NCBI RefSeq assembly: GCF_964204645.1
Contig: NC_134032.1
Span: forward strand, 372,001-436,000
Direction of reading: 5' to 3'
DNA length: 64,000 nucleotides
DNA from: Tubulanus polymorphus
Taxonomy: Eukaryota; Animalia; Nemertea
Under the pieces are notes generated by a model. The model searched no databases, was not told where the DNA came from, and worked only from the letters and a program-made list of their open reading frames with translations. The number at the start of each line of letters is the position of its first letter. Position 1 is the stretch's first letter. The position numbers and the translations under genes are program-made. Of this stretch, positions 62,709 through 64,000 are shown piece by piece.

Positions 62709-64000
62709 TGAGTTATGTTTACTGTCAACTTTCTACTTCGTAGCGTCGCGTAATTTCGAAGATTTCTAAGACGGCTCTGCTTAAGTTATGCGGGTATTTT
62801 GATATTTAAACGTACAGAACATGTGCTCAATCCATCCGTTTGACGCTACGACCATACGATCAAACCAACATATAATCCAGGCAAATACTAGATTATACTT
62901 GAAACGCCAATCGTGACGGAGGTGTATGGAAGCATTGTAGGAGTATTGTGGGATTATTGCGGGAGTATTTTGGGAGTATGGCGGGAGTATTGCGGATGTA
63001 TGGCGGGATGTACATCATATTACAATCTGTCTTATAGACCCCAGACTCAGCTCGACTGTTTTTTTGGGTTAAAACATTGGTGAGTTTATTGTGATATCGA
63101 AAGACTAATCTAGTGTCAATGGTGCTTTATGCGTGGATTTGAAGATTGTTACAGAACTAAAACAGTCTCTAGAATAGACTGGTCAAAACAATCCCGAACG
63201 CGTCGGAGTTATCCTCCAGTGGACGGCGCGCTCTACGTAGGTCGGAGTTATCCTCCCGTGGTCGGAGTTATCCTCCCCGGGGCCGCATCGGGCAATATTT
63301 CGTGTACTATTATACAAACATCTAGTCATCGGGGAAATCATGAACTAAGCGTAGGATGGAACGTGCATCGCAGACGACAGCAGTCCCGATACCTGTCAGG
63401 ACGACAACCAACAACCCGATCAGTTCCTCGCGAGTGTGCTGTATTCCATCATACTCGTACGTGACTTTCTCTTTGCGCCGATTCACCCTAGTGGAGCACT
63501 CGTATATACCCCCTAATCACAAACCCCTCTTTAGAATCGTGCTGCAAGCTTTTCTCACATAACGACGGGTCTTTGTGCGTCACGCCAGGCACCGACTCGA
63601 CTAATGCTGTTATTTTCACTAATGGTAATCGTTTCCACTTTAACTGATTGCGTTCGATTGCTTTAACGCTGACGCCACCTAGCGGTCGTTAAGTCAGTGC
63701 GTATATCATCTAGAAGTCTCATGAATAGTACGTGCGGTGTTCGCCTTTTAGACCCCTCCACTCCTTTGACGATCATGATATTCATTTTATTGACCCCCTA
63801 CCCCCTCACCCCCCACCCGTACGTACATTTTGAAAGAGCCATGCAATTTATAATATTAATTACTTCATGTATATTGAGTACTTTTGAATAAAGAAAACAT
63901 CTATTAATAAATTTGCGACCGGTTGTCACTCAAACTCAACCGGATGTCACGCGCGTCGCTAAGAAGATATTTTTACGATTGCGGTATCAAGATAATCCAT

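Overview
Eukaryotic DNA, probably from a bilaterian invertebrate, and almost entirely non-coding. None of the long ORFs in the track looks like a real gene; they come from tandem repeats or GA-rich tracts. Reading splice signals by eye gives two small in-phase minus-strand exons (11635-11806 and 2821-2879). They encode a signal peptide and a helix resembling the N-terminus of a Cys-loop ligand-gated ion channel. A candidate non-coding first exon and promoter lie near 48.0-48.4 kb, so most of the window is probably intron. The standout element is a 167-bp repeat present in four arrays. Each unit carries a minimal type I hammerhead ribozyme with a palindromic ACGU in place of helix III, which suggests a Penelope-associated retrozyme-like family. 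The arrays share a 3' terminus and one has an inverted 5' piece. An unrelated solo hammerhead at 47.07 kb has a compensatory U3-A8 core. All hammerhead loci are antisense to the inferred host gene. The rest is minisatellites (some tRNA/SINE-like or MITE-related), small hairpin MITEs, decayed LINE fragments, GA-rich tracts and many CTCF-like motifs. All calls are by eye; no database search was run.
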